Assembly (NCBI GenBank): GCA_002633005.1
Contig: NMRA01000025.1
Coordinates: 791,785 to 855,784 of the forward strand
Direction: 5' to 3'
Source of the DNA: Phoronis australis
Lineage: Eukaryota; Animalia; Phoronida
DNA: 64,000 nt
The position numbers and the translations under genes were made by a program. A model generated the notes under the pieces. That model had not been told where the DNA came from. It made no database searches and saw only the letters and a list, made by a program, of their open reading frames with translations. This document shows, piece by piece, positions 1 to 13,100 of the stretch; the first letter of the stretch is position 1; each line of letters opens with the position of its first letter.

Positions 1-3000
1 TATAGCGCCTGACACCATTGTGATTATCTCTGTGCTGCTCTTTGACGCTTTCATCCTCTTGGTTGTCACTACGTTGTTCTTTTGTATTTTCGAGTTTCTG
101 TTCATCGTCACTTTCTCCTGTGTTCACACCATCGCTTGTTGCGTCATTCTTCTCATCCTCAAAATCGTCCTGGTACATATATTTCTCGTCGTCTTCATCT
201 ACATTTTGCGTCCTCTCCAACTCTTCTCTAGTTCCCGTCTCCTCGTCTTTTTGCACTCTATTACTATGTTTTCCCGTGTCAGAGCATTCAGTTGTGTTAT
301 CACTTTTCGAATACTTATCTTCCTCAGAAGTGTCTTGTTTGCCTTTCTCGTACTTTTCATTTCTCTCATTTCTATCATCTGACTTTTCTACTTCCTTTGG
401 TGCCTCAACGTGTTCGCTATCATCGACTCGTTCCGTTTCATTGCTATTGCTTTCCGCTCTATTTTCTTCGCTGGCGTCTTTTGCCATGTCTTCTTCACCA
501 ATCGCCTTCGTTGTTCTCTGTACGCTGTTATCAATTTTATCTTTGGTGTCGATTGCATCGTGCTTTTGATTATTGTCGATCTTTCTGTCCTCTGTCCTTT
601 CCTCGTCGTCTTCGTCGCCTTCCCTTTTAAAGTTCACTTCCTGTTCCAGGTCTTCTAATTGCATGTCGTCTTCATTTGTTACCCTAGATGCTTTTGGTTC
701 ATTTCCATCTCCTTCGTCGTGCTTTTTTGCTAAGCGCTACAAATCAAAGAGATCGTAAAAAGTTAACATTTTCACATGAAGCGTGCTCTTAGTAATTGCC
801 CTGATTCCAGACAGTATTAGGCCAACACGAACAGACAGAAACGTGACGTATATCTTGGATGGAATAATTGAAATTAAAAGTAATTGCAAAAGTATCATCA
901 TAAAGAGCATTTACATGAATTTCTCATTCAGTAATAATTAAGGTGTTCCAGCGAAGACGACATACCTTTTTCTTAATGGACCTTCGAGCATAAGGACTCC
1001 TTGGTGACTTCTCCGTCGGTGGTTGAGGTTTTCGAACGCGTCCAAAAAGATTGTCTCTGAGGGCTATTTGTCTTTCAAATTCCTGGAAAAACAACAGCCA
1101 GCGTATACAATGACTGTTGATTTAATGGTAGTAAAGGACAACACACATTTCCTGAATGAAACGCCACTTTTAGCTCCGTCAAACATAACGCATACCATTA
1201 ATAATTACTTTTGCGAATCAATGCAGATGTTTTACGTCTTTCGATTTCGTCTAAGTGTTAACCTGTTGCCCGTTCCGTAGACGCAATACGCTCGCGAACT
1301 CGAAGAATCACATAAGTCTTCGCGAGATATCGCGATGCATTACAAGTGAACCCCGTGATCACAGTAACATTTCCCGTGAAATTCTTGCGCCTACGAAACA
1401 CAACCCCGGTACTTCACAGCGGGAATCCTTCTGAGGCTTATGCATTTCGAGATTTATACACATTGTGGGAGGTTTTACAACGAGATGGCAATTTTGTCTT
1501 TTACCTAAGTTTGGAAATCCGCAAATGTTCCGTGACTGTGGCAGTCAGTAGTTAATAACGCATTTGTTGAATTTAGAGGCGTTAACGAAGTAAGATGTCC
1601 TACTTACCTCAGAAGTGAAGTTATAGCTTAAAAAACAAACTTTTATAGTGTAACAGACAACAGTACAGATTTGACAGAGTAGAGAAATTGCTCAGGCACA
1701 CTACACTATACAAGCTATACGAATATTATCTTGATACGGCGTGGAAAATATGTTGCAAACATTTAAGTCTGGTCAGCACGCCATCTGCTGGTCTCCACGG
1801 TTAGCAGAAAGTCCTGGGTTCAAGTCCTGGTCGTGGGCAGAACTCTTTATTAGGTCACGTGATGTGGCCAGCAGATGCCGTACTGATCAGACTTAAAGTG
1901 TTTGCAACTACACAAGCTGTCTTTTAGTTTGTTGTAGCTACGTACTTCCAGTTTGTTATATTCGTTCATTTATAACGATCATCTTGGGCAGGCAATAAAC
2001 GGGCAAAATATCTGAATAGAAAGAACGATTTTGTCTAAAACTTAATTACCAGCGTCTTTGACAGACTCTTCTGTAGCTCGCTCTTCAACATTGCTATTTC
2101 ATACGACTGTTCCTTTTCCGCATCTTTTTGTTGCTTCATCTGCTTCCGGTGATACTCTCGAAGTCCCTTTAGTCGCAAGATAAAATCCTACACGGAGCGA
2201 AAAAGCGATTTAGTATAATTAAATGACCACTTGATATGATTCAGTATACTTTTTTACAAAAAATAGCCACAGTTGCAATTATTTTTCGAAAAAAGCTGGC
2301 AAGAATACGATTTTGCCGACAGTTTTAGGCCTTCCAAGGGTTAACCATGCTCTAATTTTGTAGATATGTTTTGTAAAATAGTTCTGAGAAAACTTTTTTT
2401 CTATATTCATCCATTACGATACATGCATAGATAAGACAATCAAAAGAAATAATTATAAAATAATGACTTGGATAATACAAAAACATGGACCTTACTTTTA
2501 CTGCGGTTCAAGTTACAAAAACGCTACAATTAAAACAAAACATGAAACATGTTACTATTACTTTCGGGTCGTTGACATAATCACCCTAAAGAATGAATGA
2601 AGTCTCACATTTTTTCAGATAAATCCTTGTGCAAATTAATGGACACATAATCAAAAACCACCATGCGCTTGGCCATAATTAGGGTAATGTGGTGGTCGCG
2701 GCGGTGAGGGTCATGGTGGGTGGTCATGGGTCGTTGTTTTTGGTAACCGTGAGGAAAGTACTTAACGAGTCTCTTAAGTTGCACGCGAGTGTTTAAGTAA
2801 AACATCTCCCTAATAATTTCATCCAAAACAATTGGTTATTTTAACCTGACATTCTTCTGATTTCTCCTCCAAACGAAGTTCCAGCCATGAAATCTTGCTG
2901 CTCAGCTCCCTATCGTGATTTCGCATTTCGTTGCTGCGATTGGTCAGTCTGTCTTTTAGCCTGGATACTTCGAGCTCTAATTGGTTGATCAATTTGTCCT

Positions 3001-5473
3001 GTCTTTTCACATGAACTTTCAGGTATTTATTCTCTTGCTGCAGACTCCTCAGTCTGCTTCCGAGGGCAGAAGTGTCAACGATCGGATAAGTACTGGAAAG
3101 AGAATTCTCCACTTTCCGCCCATTGTGGTCACCGGTGTAACTTCGCGGAGATCTTGGGCTATCGCTATGCTTGTTAGTATTTTTCCCGCCGTCTGGAAAT
3201 TACAAGCATCCAATCAAGACAGATAGATCTGGAGTTATGCATCCGTCATCGCTCCTTTTAGATCGCCATCATCATCATCGACATCGTAATCATCATCATC
3301 GTCATCATCGTCATCATCGTCATCATCAACTTCATCATCACCATGATCATCGACTTCATCACCACTATCTTTAAATGCCAAATGAAATTTAATGCAATGA
3401 GCTTACCTTTACATTTTTCTGTTTTCATTACTTTGAACATCAAAGGGATCGTCATTAGCAATAAATAAAATCGCAATATATCGCAAACTGCCTGTATGTG
3501 TATTTAACCAAGACAATGCATTACGTTCCTTCTCATTCTGTTAACTCGCCTACTGTCAAAGAAATTATGACTTTTAAAAATCCCGCAATAAACTGATACC
3601 AAGTAGTTCCAGAAATCATTTTCCATCGACAATGACCTCTTGTATTGAAAAGAACAGATAGTTGGTCAATATTTGAGACCATGAGCGGAGTGTAATATCA
3701 CCCGGCGTGAAAAGCCAACTTATTGAACCCCATCTCAAACAATAATGGCCAGTTTTTCCTAAGTACAGGCATCACCTCCACTCAAAGTAAGGAACAAGTG
3801 GTCGAGATTAAACATTGGTTTTACGAGAGGCGGGATGATAACAAATGGAAGATAAAGACAGTTGTTAAAACGATCCTGAACCCTCTTTTGGTGATATCTT
3901 GTCCTCTGCTAATGCGACATTGGCGTCTCAGTTGAGTGAAAAACTTGATTGAAGAAAACAGGATTGGTCTAAAAACGGCTCGCTACTGTGTTACAGAACG
4001 GACATGCGTAATGTTATTTAGCGGTGTAGCCTTTTTCTATCGTTATGGCATAACACACCTAAACCGAAGGTCACGCTTGCAGGTTTAGCGAACTTTTTCA
4101 GATTTTTGTTTGAAGATTGACAAGGGTTGCTGAGCATTTTGTGTTAGATAGACGGACGGAACACTCGTTGTTGATCTCTGTTGATAGGCCAAAACGAGAT
4201 TTAGTATTCTTTTGACTAACCGGGCATTGTTCAAAATAAGTACAACCACAAAAATAAATCGTCATATTTCAATAATCTAGGGTTCTTTCGCTACCAATCT
4301 CTCCGGCCAGAAATGCAAGAGCGGAGATCTAAAAGTCCCTAAAGACATTTGTGAACAATACTTGATCACGATGCGAAATCGATCCCCCGATTTCTCTCAT
4401 GTGACTGCAGTGCGTTCACCACTAAACTCAATGGCACCCATAAACTATAATCATTATCAAATTCTTATTATCATAACACGTAATCATTACGCATCGTTTG
4501 TATTACCATTTTAATGATATTAAGCTCACTAATGGAGTTCTCTTTGCACCTTTTATGTGAGATTTTAGTGAAATCTATATTAATTTCGATAATGGCACGT
4601 TGAAGTTGGGTCTTGTTGACCAATCAAAGGTCATAACAAAGTAGTGATCTTATTCTCCCTAGCAACGAAGAACGAAACACACGAAACACGTTAATTGTAA
4701 AGGGGAGCAATGAACTTTCTTTAATAGCTCCAAACATTCGAAACAAACGTGTTATTTTCGCCCTTGATATTTACAAATCTGAGTGAAAGGTTCATGTTGA
4801 TTTACATTCACCCATTAGTTATAACCCATATCTCTACTCTCCGTTTTTCCTGTACGACCTCGTTGCCCATGTCAGTCGTATACACAAAATTGTATATGAA
4901 AAATCGGAACATGTAAACAAGGCAGTATAACTGAAACAAAAACAATGACATTTCAGGTAAAATCAATTTAGCCACATTTAAACGCACACCATACACTAAC
5001 TTAACTTAAGATTTTTAAAATAAATTCTCTAACATCCCCCAAAATTAAGAACACTAGTGAGAGTTAAGACAGGCTGATTATTAAATTGAATAAGAAAAAA
5101 TATTCCTCTCACTCGTTTATGTTCAATTTTTGCCTGTCTTCTAAAATTTGTTAACTCGTTGAAGTAGATAAATCACTTTGGTGCATGTCATTGTAATCAT
5201 GGCTGTGAGATGGGGGCCCCAGTAATGGCAGCCTGGCAAATATAAGAAAATCGCGAAGACATGGATAGGATACATTTGAGATCTCTATGACAACGAGGGG
5301 GGGTGGGCGACAAATTGTTAGTGACTGGGGTGGACATTGGCGAAGATAAATATGTCAATGGTTCACAACAAATGCTTACCTCTGTCCTCAATTGGTGGCA
5401 ACTTTTCTACAGGACAGTTCCTCTGAACGCGTACACGGACCGAAGGTATTGACATCTGACCCGAACCACTCAT
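1..5473 (-). CDS. Gene A: uncharacterised coiled-coil protein with a long acidic, charged low-complexity C-terminal region; 3' end lies outside the window
   Basis: Phase-consistent GT-AG exons: 5473-5380 (MSGSGQMSIPSVRVRVQRNCPVEKLPPIEDR), 3192-2846 (..SRLRSLQQENKYLKVHVKRQDKLINQLELEVSRLK.., coiled coil), 2187-2050 (DFILRLKGLREYHRKQMKQQK..), 1082-966 (EFERQIALRDNLFGRVRK..), 736-<1 (E/D/K-rich, open frame to the window edge). No family recognised. Confidence 0.8.
1275..1396. mobile_element. Short MITE-like dispersed repeat, copy 1
   Basis: Ends cgtagacgcaa..ttgcgcctacg form an inverted pair. The core cttcgcgagatatcgcgatgcattacaag recurs at about 49317-49350. Confidence 0.55.
1753..1908. repeat. 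Inverted repeat (about 40-bp arms) around a tRNA-SINE-like B-box
   Basis: ttgcaaacatttaagtctggtcagcacgccatctgctgg pairs with ccagcagatgccgtactgatcagacttaaagtgtttgcaa. The loop contains cctgggttcaagtcc, similar to the SINE at 45370. Confidence 0.6.
3266..3365. repeat. Degenerate (CAT/ATC)n trinucleotide microsatellite in gene A intron 1
   Basis: catcatcatcgtcatcat... directly visible. It produces the spurious poly-His and poly-Met ORFs in the track. Confidence 0.9.
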
Positions 5474-7199
5474 GATCGTGAAATATTCAGCGACAAAACT
5501 GTCTACACACACACAAACTTCGAAATATTCCTCGTACAAATGTAGAAATGACACCGTTGTTGTGGTGAAGACTCTTTGTATTTAGTAGCCAATGCGTCGT
5601 CAAGATGAAATCGGGAGTGAACGTGGCACGAGAGTTCCCCAATTCAACAGTTTTGTCATCTGCGCTGCGTTGTAATAAGCACAGGGAAATGACAAACATC
5701 ATTTGTTTGGAGTTTTGCAACTGTTGCCGAGTCGAACATGTCCCTCGAGAGAACAGGCATCAATCATTGATGGCCCTTTTAGTGTCTGTTAACAGAAGTC
5801 ACAACGAATGTTTTTCTGTAATTTTTCCCTTAAAGCGGCGTGTCCAACTTCGCGCTTTCATAAGCATTTACCCAAACAGCGATGCTCTTACTTTTCCGAG
5901 AAGTAGAAATAGTACACATTAAGATTTGAATTCTTCAACTATTCGTTATTCAGTATTTTGATCATCAAAGGTTCGCAATATTTTTCCCTTCGTTACTTCC
6001 ACAATTCGTCAATAATCAATGAATTGCGTCTAATTACAAATTATGCTTAGATGAAACACTAGCACAAGGTCGTTGACGTTCTAAGATCAGATGTTTCACA
6101 GATTACACAAAGGTTGGTTCGATTGCTTCTATCTTTATACCTACAAGCATGTGAAAGACTGCACCTGTCTTTCGGATCCTTAACTGAATGCATAGTGTCT
6201 ACTCTCTCTAAATAACGATTTAATTCATATTAAGATATTCAGATATTCAGATTCTTCCATGGTCTGGCTACGAACCACGTCTTAGTCAAGACAATTAATT
6301 CAATTTCATATATGATGACATTTGCAGGGTCTGTCACGCGTGATGCACTGAGCTAAACTATCAGAGCAGATTTCCAGGTATATTGGACAGTATTTAAGGG
6401 ACAACAAACCCGCGCTTTGCCTCCTGAAAAAACAACTTTTGATAGCGGCCTATTTTTGATACAAAATCTATCTCATCGCATTCCTTACATAGATTAGACA
6501 AGAGTCAATTTAAAACTTATCTGACGAATGAAACCAAGAACATATACACCATCTTCATTTAAATGTAATGCATTGGAAATGTTGGAAATTAATTTTTATC
6601 GAAAGTAGCAAGTTTACTATTCGGCGGGGGACAGAAAACGAGCTTGTCCTGTACAATATCCTGCGAGCCATTATTTTCAGCTAACAACAAGTTACCTTTT
6701 GGTCCTAGTGGCATGCATTATCTTTTCCCGATTTCTCCGTCGGACAACTTCTTCGCATAAGAAATCACATATTTGTCTTCCAAAAACATCCATTTTCCAT
6801 GCTGCGTCAACCATTTTATTTTAAAATATGCGTCCCCGCTATTGAGTTGCAAGATTCATGCCAATCGTTGAAACAAGCTACCAAAACAACTAAATGTGCT
6901 TGATATTAAATTTTCGTGATTGCTAAAAGACACAACTTTTACTTCTCCAATGTCCTTGAGTAAACAAATTAGCGAGGTCTCAATTACGAACATACGCACT
7001 ACGCTGGGTGCCGGTAATTTTAATTAGTGTTCACAATAATAGTTAAAAGCTGCCTACACTACTTCTAGTTGAACACGAATAGCATGGATTGTGAGATAGG
7101 CCTCCCTTCGAGAACCCAGACAAAATGCCATATGCAGCAAGGTAGTGCATATGTCAGCTGGCATATATATTCATTTAAAGTTCATCACTGTGAGGCTGT

Positions 7200-7440
7200 C
7201 CTGGAGGTACGTTTCACGAAAAATTACTGTAGACTTTTAAAAAAGTCAGAAATTTGGTCTTACGCTTCACACAACTATTTTATAAAATATCAAAAGTGTA
7301 AAGTCTCCGTGGATATATACCTAACTACTAGTTGCTAACCTTAATTGTTTCAAGACTGAGATGTGCTCATAACTATGTGGCTAAACCTTTTCTAGCAAAT
7401 TTTGAAGTGAGAGCGAAAGACCAAATTTCATGGAACACAC
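7200..7440. mobile_element. MITE family with terminus gtttcatgaaagtgact..aagtcagaaatttggtct
   Basis: aagtcagaaatttggtctt at about 7243 pairs with aagaccaaatttc at about 7417. Related copies lie at 42752-42800, 50945-51130 and 63122-63370. Confidence 0.55.
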
Positions 7441-10111
7441 GACTCGAATTACTTATTGTTTCCTTTCCCGATCCATTCTCTTCTCTAAGATGAGTAAATC
7501 GGAAAGTTGAAATATTTTATTTTCCTACTTTCCCTTTGTAAAGCGCGTTTGTTTTTGTTCCACCAAAATTTTTGTTTTCGTAATTGAAAAAAATCGTTTT
7601 CTCAGACAGCAGATGCACTGTTTTGAGTCGTCGAGAGACGGGAAACACGCTTGATTTTAATTTTGAGCCTTATCGATTTGGTTGAGTTCTTAGAACCTCT
7701 GCTCGCAGGTGACTGGTACAGAAGTTTCAGTTTAAAAACAGGAGATTTGTTACTATCTCTAATTAATTGGTAGATTACATTTCGAGATGGCGGTATTGGC
7801 AAAGCATGAATTGAACTATCCACACTAGCAGGCAAATCATACAACGCCAAAGAAACTTTCAACGAAGATATCTATTTCTACCGTAGCATTTTAGTTCTCT
7901 TATGTTTTACAGTAGTTTAATTGGACATATTAACTAAGCAATGCATTTTGTAAAGCTCTTATTTCAAGCAAAATTTAAACTAAATAAATAAATGAATAAA
8001 TAAACATTTTCCACTCTTAGTGACTATAATGAGTTGACAAAATGGATAAAAATGAGAAAAATTGAAATTAAATAGCAGACGGAGGATGTTGAACTTGAGT
8101 CTATCATGTTGTTATTATTTGTTGATAAGATCATTTTAACCGTCCTTGGGTTGCTGAGTAGTCATGGACGCATGAGCATTGAACTACGTTAAAGAAGGCC
8201 ATGCAGCCTAGTACATTCCATTTTATATTTGTCAATAACAATAATTTTTTAGCCATGCTTGAGATGAAATTTTTTTGAATTTATTGGGAACTAGACTATT
8301 ATCTAGCACAGACTAGACAGACCCTGTCTATTCTAGCTCACAATTTGTAATAAAAATGACGCCAGGCACCTTAGCAACGGAGGCAGGTCCTTCCAAGAAG
8401 AGCACAGATCTCCTCATCACAATAATTGCCTTTTGTTTTTACAATTCCATGTTGATCTCCGCTTAGTAAATCTCACTGGCTGCGTATGCTGCGCTGGCGT
8501 TAATTCATTGTAATTGCTCAGCAATGCTACGGTGGCTTATCGCTTACCTCGTACAATTTAACTCGTCAACTGGGAGTGTGGTGGCGAATGCAAGGCCTAA
8601 CTGTTAGAATCCGCGCTAGGAATGGTATGGGGTAATCATTTTTCTCATCTCACGGAAACGAAAGGTGTGTGGAATTTACAAGACTCCGTATTTAAATAAT
8701 AAAAGCACCGGTCTTGGTTTCAGCGATGATTGACAACTATAATATAATCATAAAAAACACAGCTCTGGTCAAATCTAGTTACTTCAAGAAGTCTACCTCA
8801 TCCATGAATAATACCCAATATTCATCATCGGCGCGTGGCAAAGCAAATCAATTTCAACTAAGCAATAGACTGACTGGTCTTACGTAATAATGCACTCTCA
8901 CTCTTACAAATCCTTGGAGTCACCTCCAATTCGACTAAAGAACAATTCGAAACCAATTTCATATCTGTAAGTGATATGAATTAAAAAGTTGATTTTTGTG
9001 ACGCAATAAGACTTAAAAGCTGCATGATATCTCGCTAAAGGAAAATAGAATTCAGAACATTTACTCTCATCAATTCGGTCTGACTCATAACATTCCTAAC
9101 CGTAATAGGAATCGGTTTCCATTACCAACAAGAACTTTTTAATATCAGCGACTCAAGGAAACCCGTCCGGCTATTGATCAACCCCGGCCAATCAAGTCAG
9201 AAGTGTTTTTCCTTGTTGGTTTCGATGCTCTTTTTGGTACCGGAAACAGAATCTTGTCGCGGTAAGGAATATCATGAGATCAATTTTACGAAAGTAAAGT
9301 CCTAATCCGAACTTTTGTTTTTCAACCAGCTACACATGACGAAATCAGTGCAACTATATTATTTAATTTATGATGTATTTTATATTGATCTGGGAGTACA
9401 CAATTATTTAAATTAAATTATCAAATTGGGCTGTTTTATATGGAAAAATCTGTTTTTAAAAATTTCATAAATAAAAGTAGGTTGTCTCAATAGTCAACTA
9501 ACTGCTCTTCGACACTATAAGTCAGGGTGTTTTTGCATTAGTCGCGCCAGGCCAGGATGGTGTCTTTTAAGAGTCCTCAGTGTCTTGTTTTTATTTTACG
9601 ACTTATTCTGAGTAATTCGTCCACTAATTCTTGTAAACAAGTATCTTTTATGTATATATATATCGACTACTATCAGGTGTGGTAAGATTTCCCTGTTTAT
9701 TTCCTCTCCGAAAACAATAATAAACACATTCACCTCCTACGAACTTTTTTACTTACATGTGTATTATCTCCCTTGATAAAGAGCACCTGCTTGCAGGGGA
9801 GATAATTTTGTGTATTTAAAACATTGTTTTTCCTATTTACACACAGTTTTGAAATTACAATTACCAATACTTAGTGAGTGGACAAATTGCCAATCAATGA
9901 GCTGATAAATATAGAATTTGTCTGTTTTTAGTGTGTTTGTTTCGAATGACTGCTTTATGTACAACGACTTCCGTTCTAATGTCATGCATAACAAAACATG
10001 GCGCTCCAAACAAACTTTGGGAAGGGGTAGTTTGTGTTCGTCTGATGAGATGAATGGTTATATGGGAAAAACAATGTTAACGCGATGGAATTAAGCTAAA
10101 GGAAGGTCAAG

Positions 10112-13100
10112 ATGACGATGCTACATCTTACCTATCCCAAGAGAAAGGGATTTTTCTCTTGGGAAGAGCTCGGGTAAGTTGCTAAGTTGTGAACAGTGTA
10201 CACCTAGTGTCGACAGTGGGAGTGAACTGGGGCGGAGATTGGCACCACTTCATGCCGTTGCAAAACCGGCCCCTTGTCGTCCAAAAAGCGAACTTTTGAT
10301 TTAGACCACTTACCGCGACTAGAATGGTCTCAAATCAGATGGAAAATAATTTCCGAGTTTGTAAAGAACTGACACTTCGTGTTCCTTTTATAAGAGTATA
10401 AGACTATATTTGGCACAGTGGTAGGCGCCTACTAGTACTACAACATGTGCTCAACGCGTATCAAATGACACGCTTTGACAAGCCAAGTTGTAGAGCCCTA
10501 TTCTCAAGTAATAACAAGCTGTCCGATCATTTGAAGCCGTCATAACACTTCAAATTTCACTAACTGAAGGAACAACATGAGAGTGGCGAGACCAATATCA
10601 TAATGATAAATGATCAATGTGAGACTGGTTTACATGCATGGCTGCATGCTTTATGAGTTGTGGCGAACGACCCACAGGCCTAGTGCGTAACCGTAATGTA
10701 AGGGACTGTGTCCTGTTGACTGTGTCCTGTTGTGCGGGTGAGGCTGCTGCTTTGGAAAATTTGCGTTGAAACGACTTAATACACTGGGTACTGTATTTTA
10801 CTTTATTGCTGATTTTTTATGAAACGTTAATTTCCAGTAATTCCACTTTGGAAGTCATAATTCCATCTCTACAGTAAGTCCCTAAGGATACTAAACCTTG
10901 TTTTGGTGATCTCAATCAATGCCTTGTTTTGCCACCTGTTAATGTATCCCACATGAGTGACAAAAGCAGAATCCAAATAATCATTCATACTCTTCCGAGT
11001 CACAAATTGGATATTATGGTTCGTGTTGGGTCATCTTCGCTATGGTTGTTGTGTAACTCCTTAAGGCTTGGTCACCGTGCAGTTTATCGAACTTTGAAAG
11101 GAGTTTACAAATTTTCTGCCAAACTTTTGAGGGTTGTTGAGAGTTACAGAGCAGATTATTTAGTTTCAGAACTGGACGGGAAAGTTGTTTTCAATATCTG
11201 TTAATAGGCCGAAACCCCAGCGGGTTCGGTATTCTTTTAACTAGTCAACTACCTGCATGTATCAGTGTTCCTTTTTTGAGAGTTTTGCCAGTAACATAAA
11301 CATTTGAACTTTGACAATTTGACATTTCTTTTTCTTTGTAATTCACCAATCTTTAGACATGTGATCAAAAACACTACTAATGCTTTCCTGAAATACTTTG
11401 CTAACTTGTAAACCATTGGAAGCTTGGCATAGGTTACTTGTCCATTTTTGTCTTGGGATCTAGTGGATTCTTAGTATGGTATGTGACTTGTGTGACATAC
11501 TGATGGGGCTTCCTGCCACTGTCTGATCTAAGTACAACGGTTGATAAAACTCATCTTCCTGCTCAGAGATTAATTTTTGTGAAGATACATATAAAGTGAC
11601 TTATTACTGCTAATTTACCCCCTCATATTTCATGCGTAATTTAATCTGTTATGATCGCGATAATGTCGTTGCTTGTATTTTTATCAAGTCTATCCGTTGT
11701 TTTTTTGTTGCAGGTGCTTTGCCAGAGCTCTGGGGGTAAGTACTACTTCACCTAGTCCTTATCAGTAGCTTAAGATAAGACGATTGAAGTTGATAAAGGA
11801 CCTGCCTCAAGTCTGTTAGACTATTGGTGGAAGCCGGTCTCCAACAACATAGTGGCTCTTGTTTACACAGACTAATCCACATATTCTAACATCAAACAAC
11901 TGTTTTTGAATTAGTCAAATGTTAAGACAGGTTACACTTTCTTGGGGTTATTTCTAATACGATTTGGTTTATCTTCACTGATAATTCGGTGAATGAGGCT
12001 TTAGAGGGGGCAATTTAGGAATTTCTGATGTAAACACGCAACTGTGTAAATTTTGAAATTGAGGTCTCATTCATGGAAACGTTGATGATTGTATTATAAT
12101 TTTCCCTCACCAGTTTTGGCCTTGGAATTCCAACAGCGTGATTTGTGCAGCAAATGCAAAGTGCATTTTGTTGATAAACCGGTGAAAATGAAATGTTTGC
12201 TTTTATTTTTTAAAAAGAAAGACACCTCTCTACTTTGCTGGATTCAAAATTAGAAATCTGTTTTTGATCAATAGTTGTATTGCTGCTTCTTGTTTCAAAA
12301 TGTGATGTTAAGTTGTGAATATAGTGTATGGACTAATCTGTTTTCAGTTCCCATCAGATGTGTTTGTATCTAACATACCTGAGGATGTGTTGACGGCTGA
12401 GCCAGGTCTAACTGTCAAGGTATGTAAATTATTGAATAATTGGAAGTTTCAGTCTGATACTGCTCTTGGTCACGTTTTATTAAGGTCGTTTTTTGGTCAT
12501 AATTTGTATTTAAACTTGTGGAATGTAACCATTTACAAATTTTTTCTATACTAGTAATTTAAGATAGGTTTATGCAAATCAAAACAAATCAATTTCTGGA
12601 CTTACATTATATCCAGAAATCGATTTGCGTTATGCCACAACTGGACAAGTAACATACAGTCAATTAAAACAGGTTAACAGAGATCAGAAGATAACTCAGA
12701 AATTTTATCTCTAGCTTTAAACAGTAGGTTAATTTTGATTTATGTCCAAGTTGATTGCTTGAATACAACTTTAAGTGAAACGGGCCTCTTATCTTTGAGA
12801 GATTTCATCTCAGGTACATGTACATATGAAGGAGCAGGTTGTTACATTATCAAGTGCTTTACAGCTGAAAGTCTTTAAACCCAAACAATTTTTTATGAAG
12901 CTGCTATCTTAATGTGATGTTACTATCGCATATGTCAGTGTGTCAGACTCAAGGCTGTCAAAGCACCTGTTAATAATCATCGATAAACTCTTGAACTAAT
13001 TTAAGATACAGGGTGGCGTACAACAGAAATTTTGTTTTAAAAATTTTGAATGCATTATGAAGATTTTCAAGTTACCAGTGGTGCCATAAGACAACGTTTT

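Noticed and set aside
20-758. Plus-strand hydrophobic and Ser-rich ORFs
   Set aside because: They are antisense shadows of the charged minus-strand exon of gene A.
3171-3476. Poly-His, poly-Met or poly-Asp peptides
   Set aside because: They come from an intronic (CAT)n microsatellite. The Asp-rich frame hits a stop near 3235, and the phase-consistent exon starts at 3192.
9557-9681. Alternative first coding exon of gene B (ATG..GTGTG|gtaag, phase 2)
   Set aside because: The phase is compatible but the composition is UTR-like, and exon 10112-10173 completes the EF-hand pattern better. It cannot be supported without transcripts.
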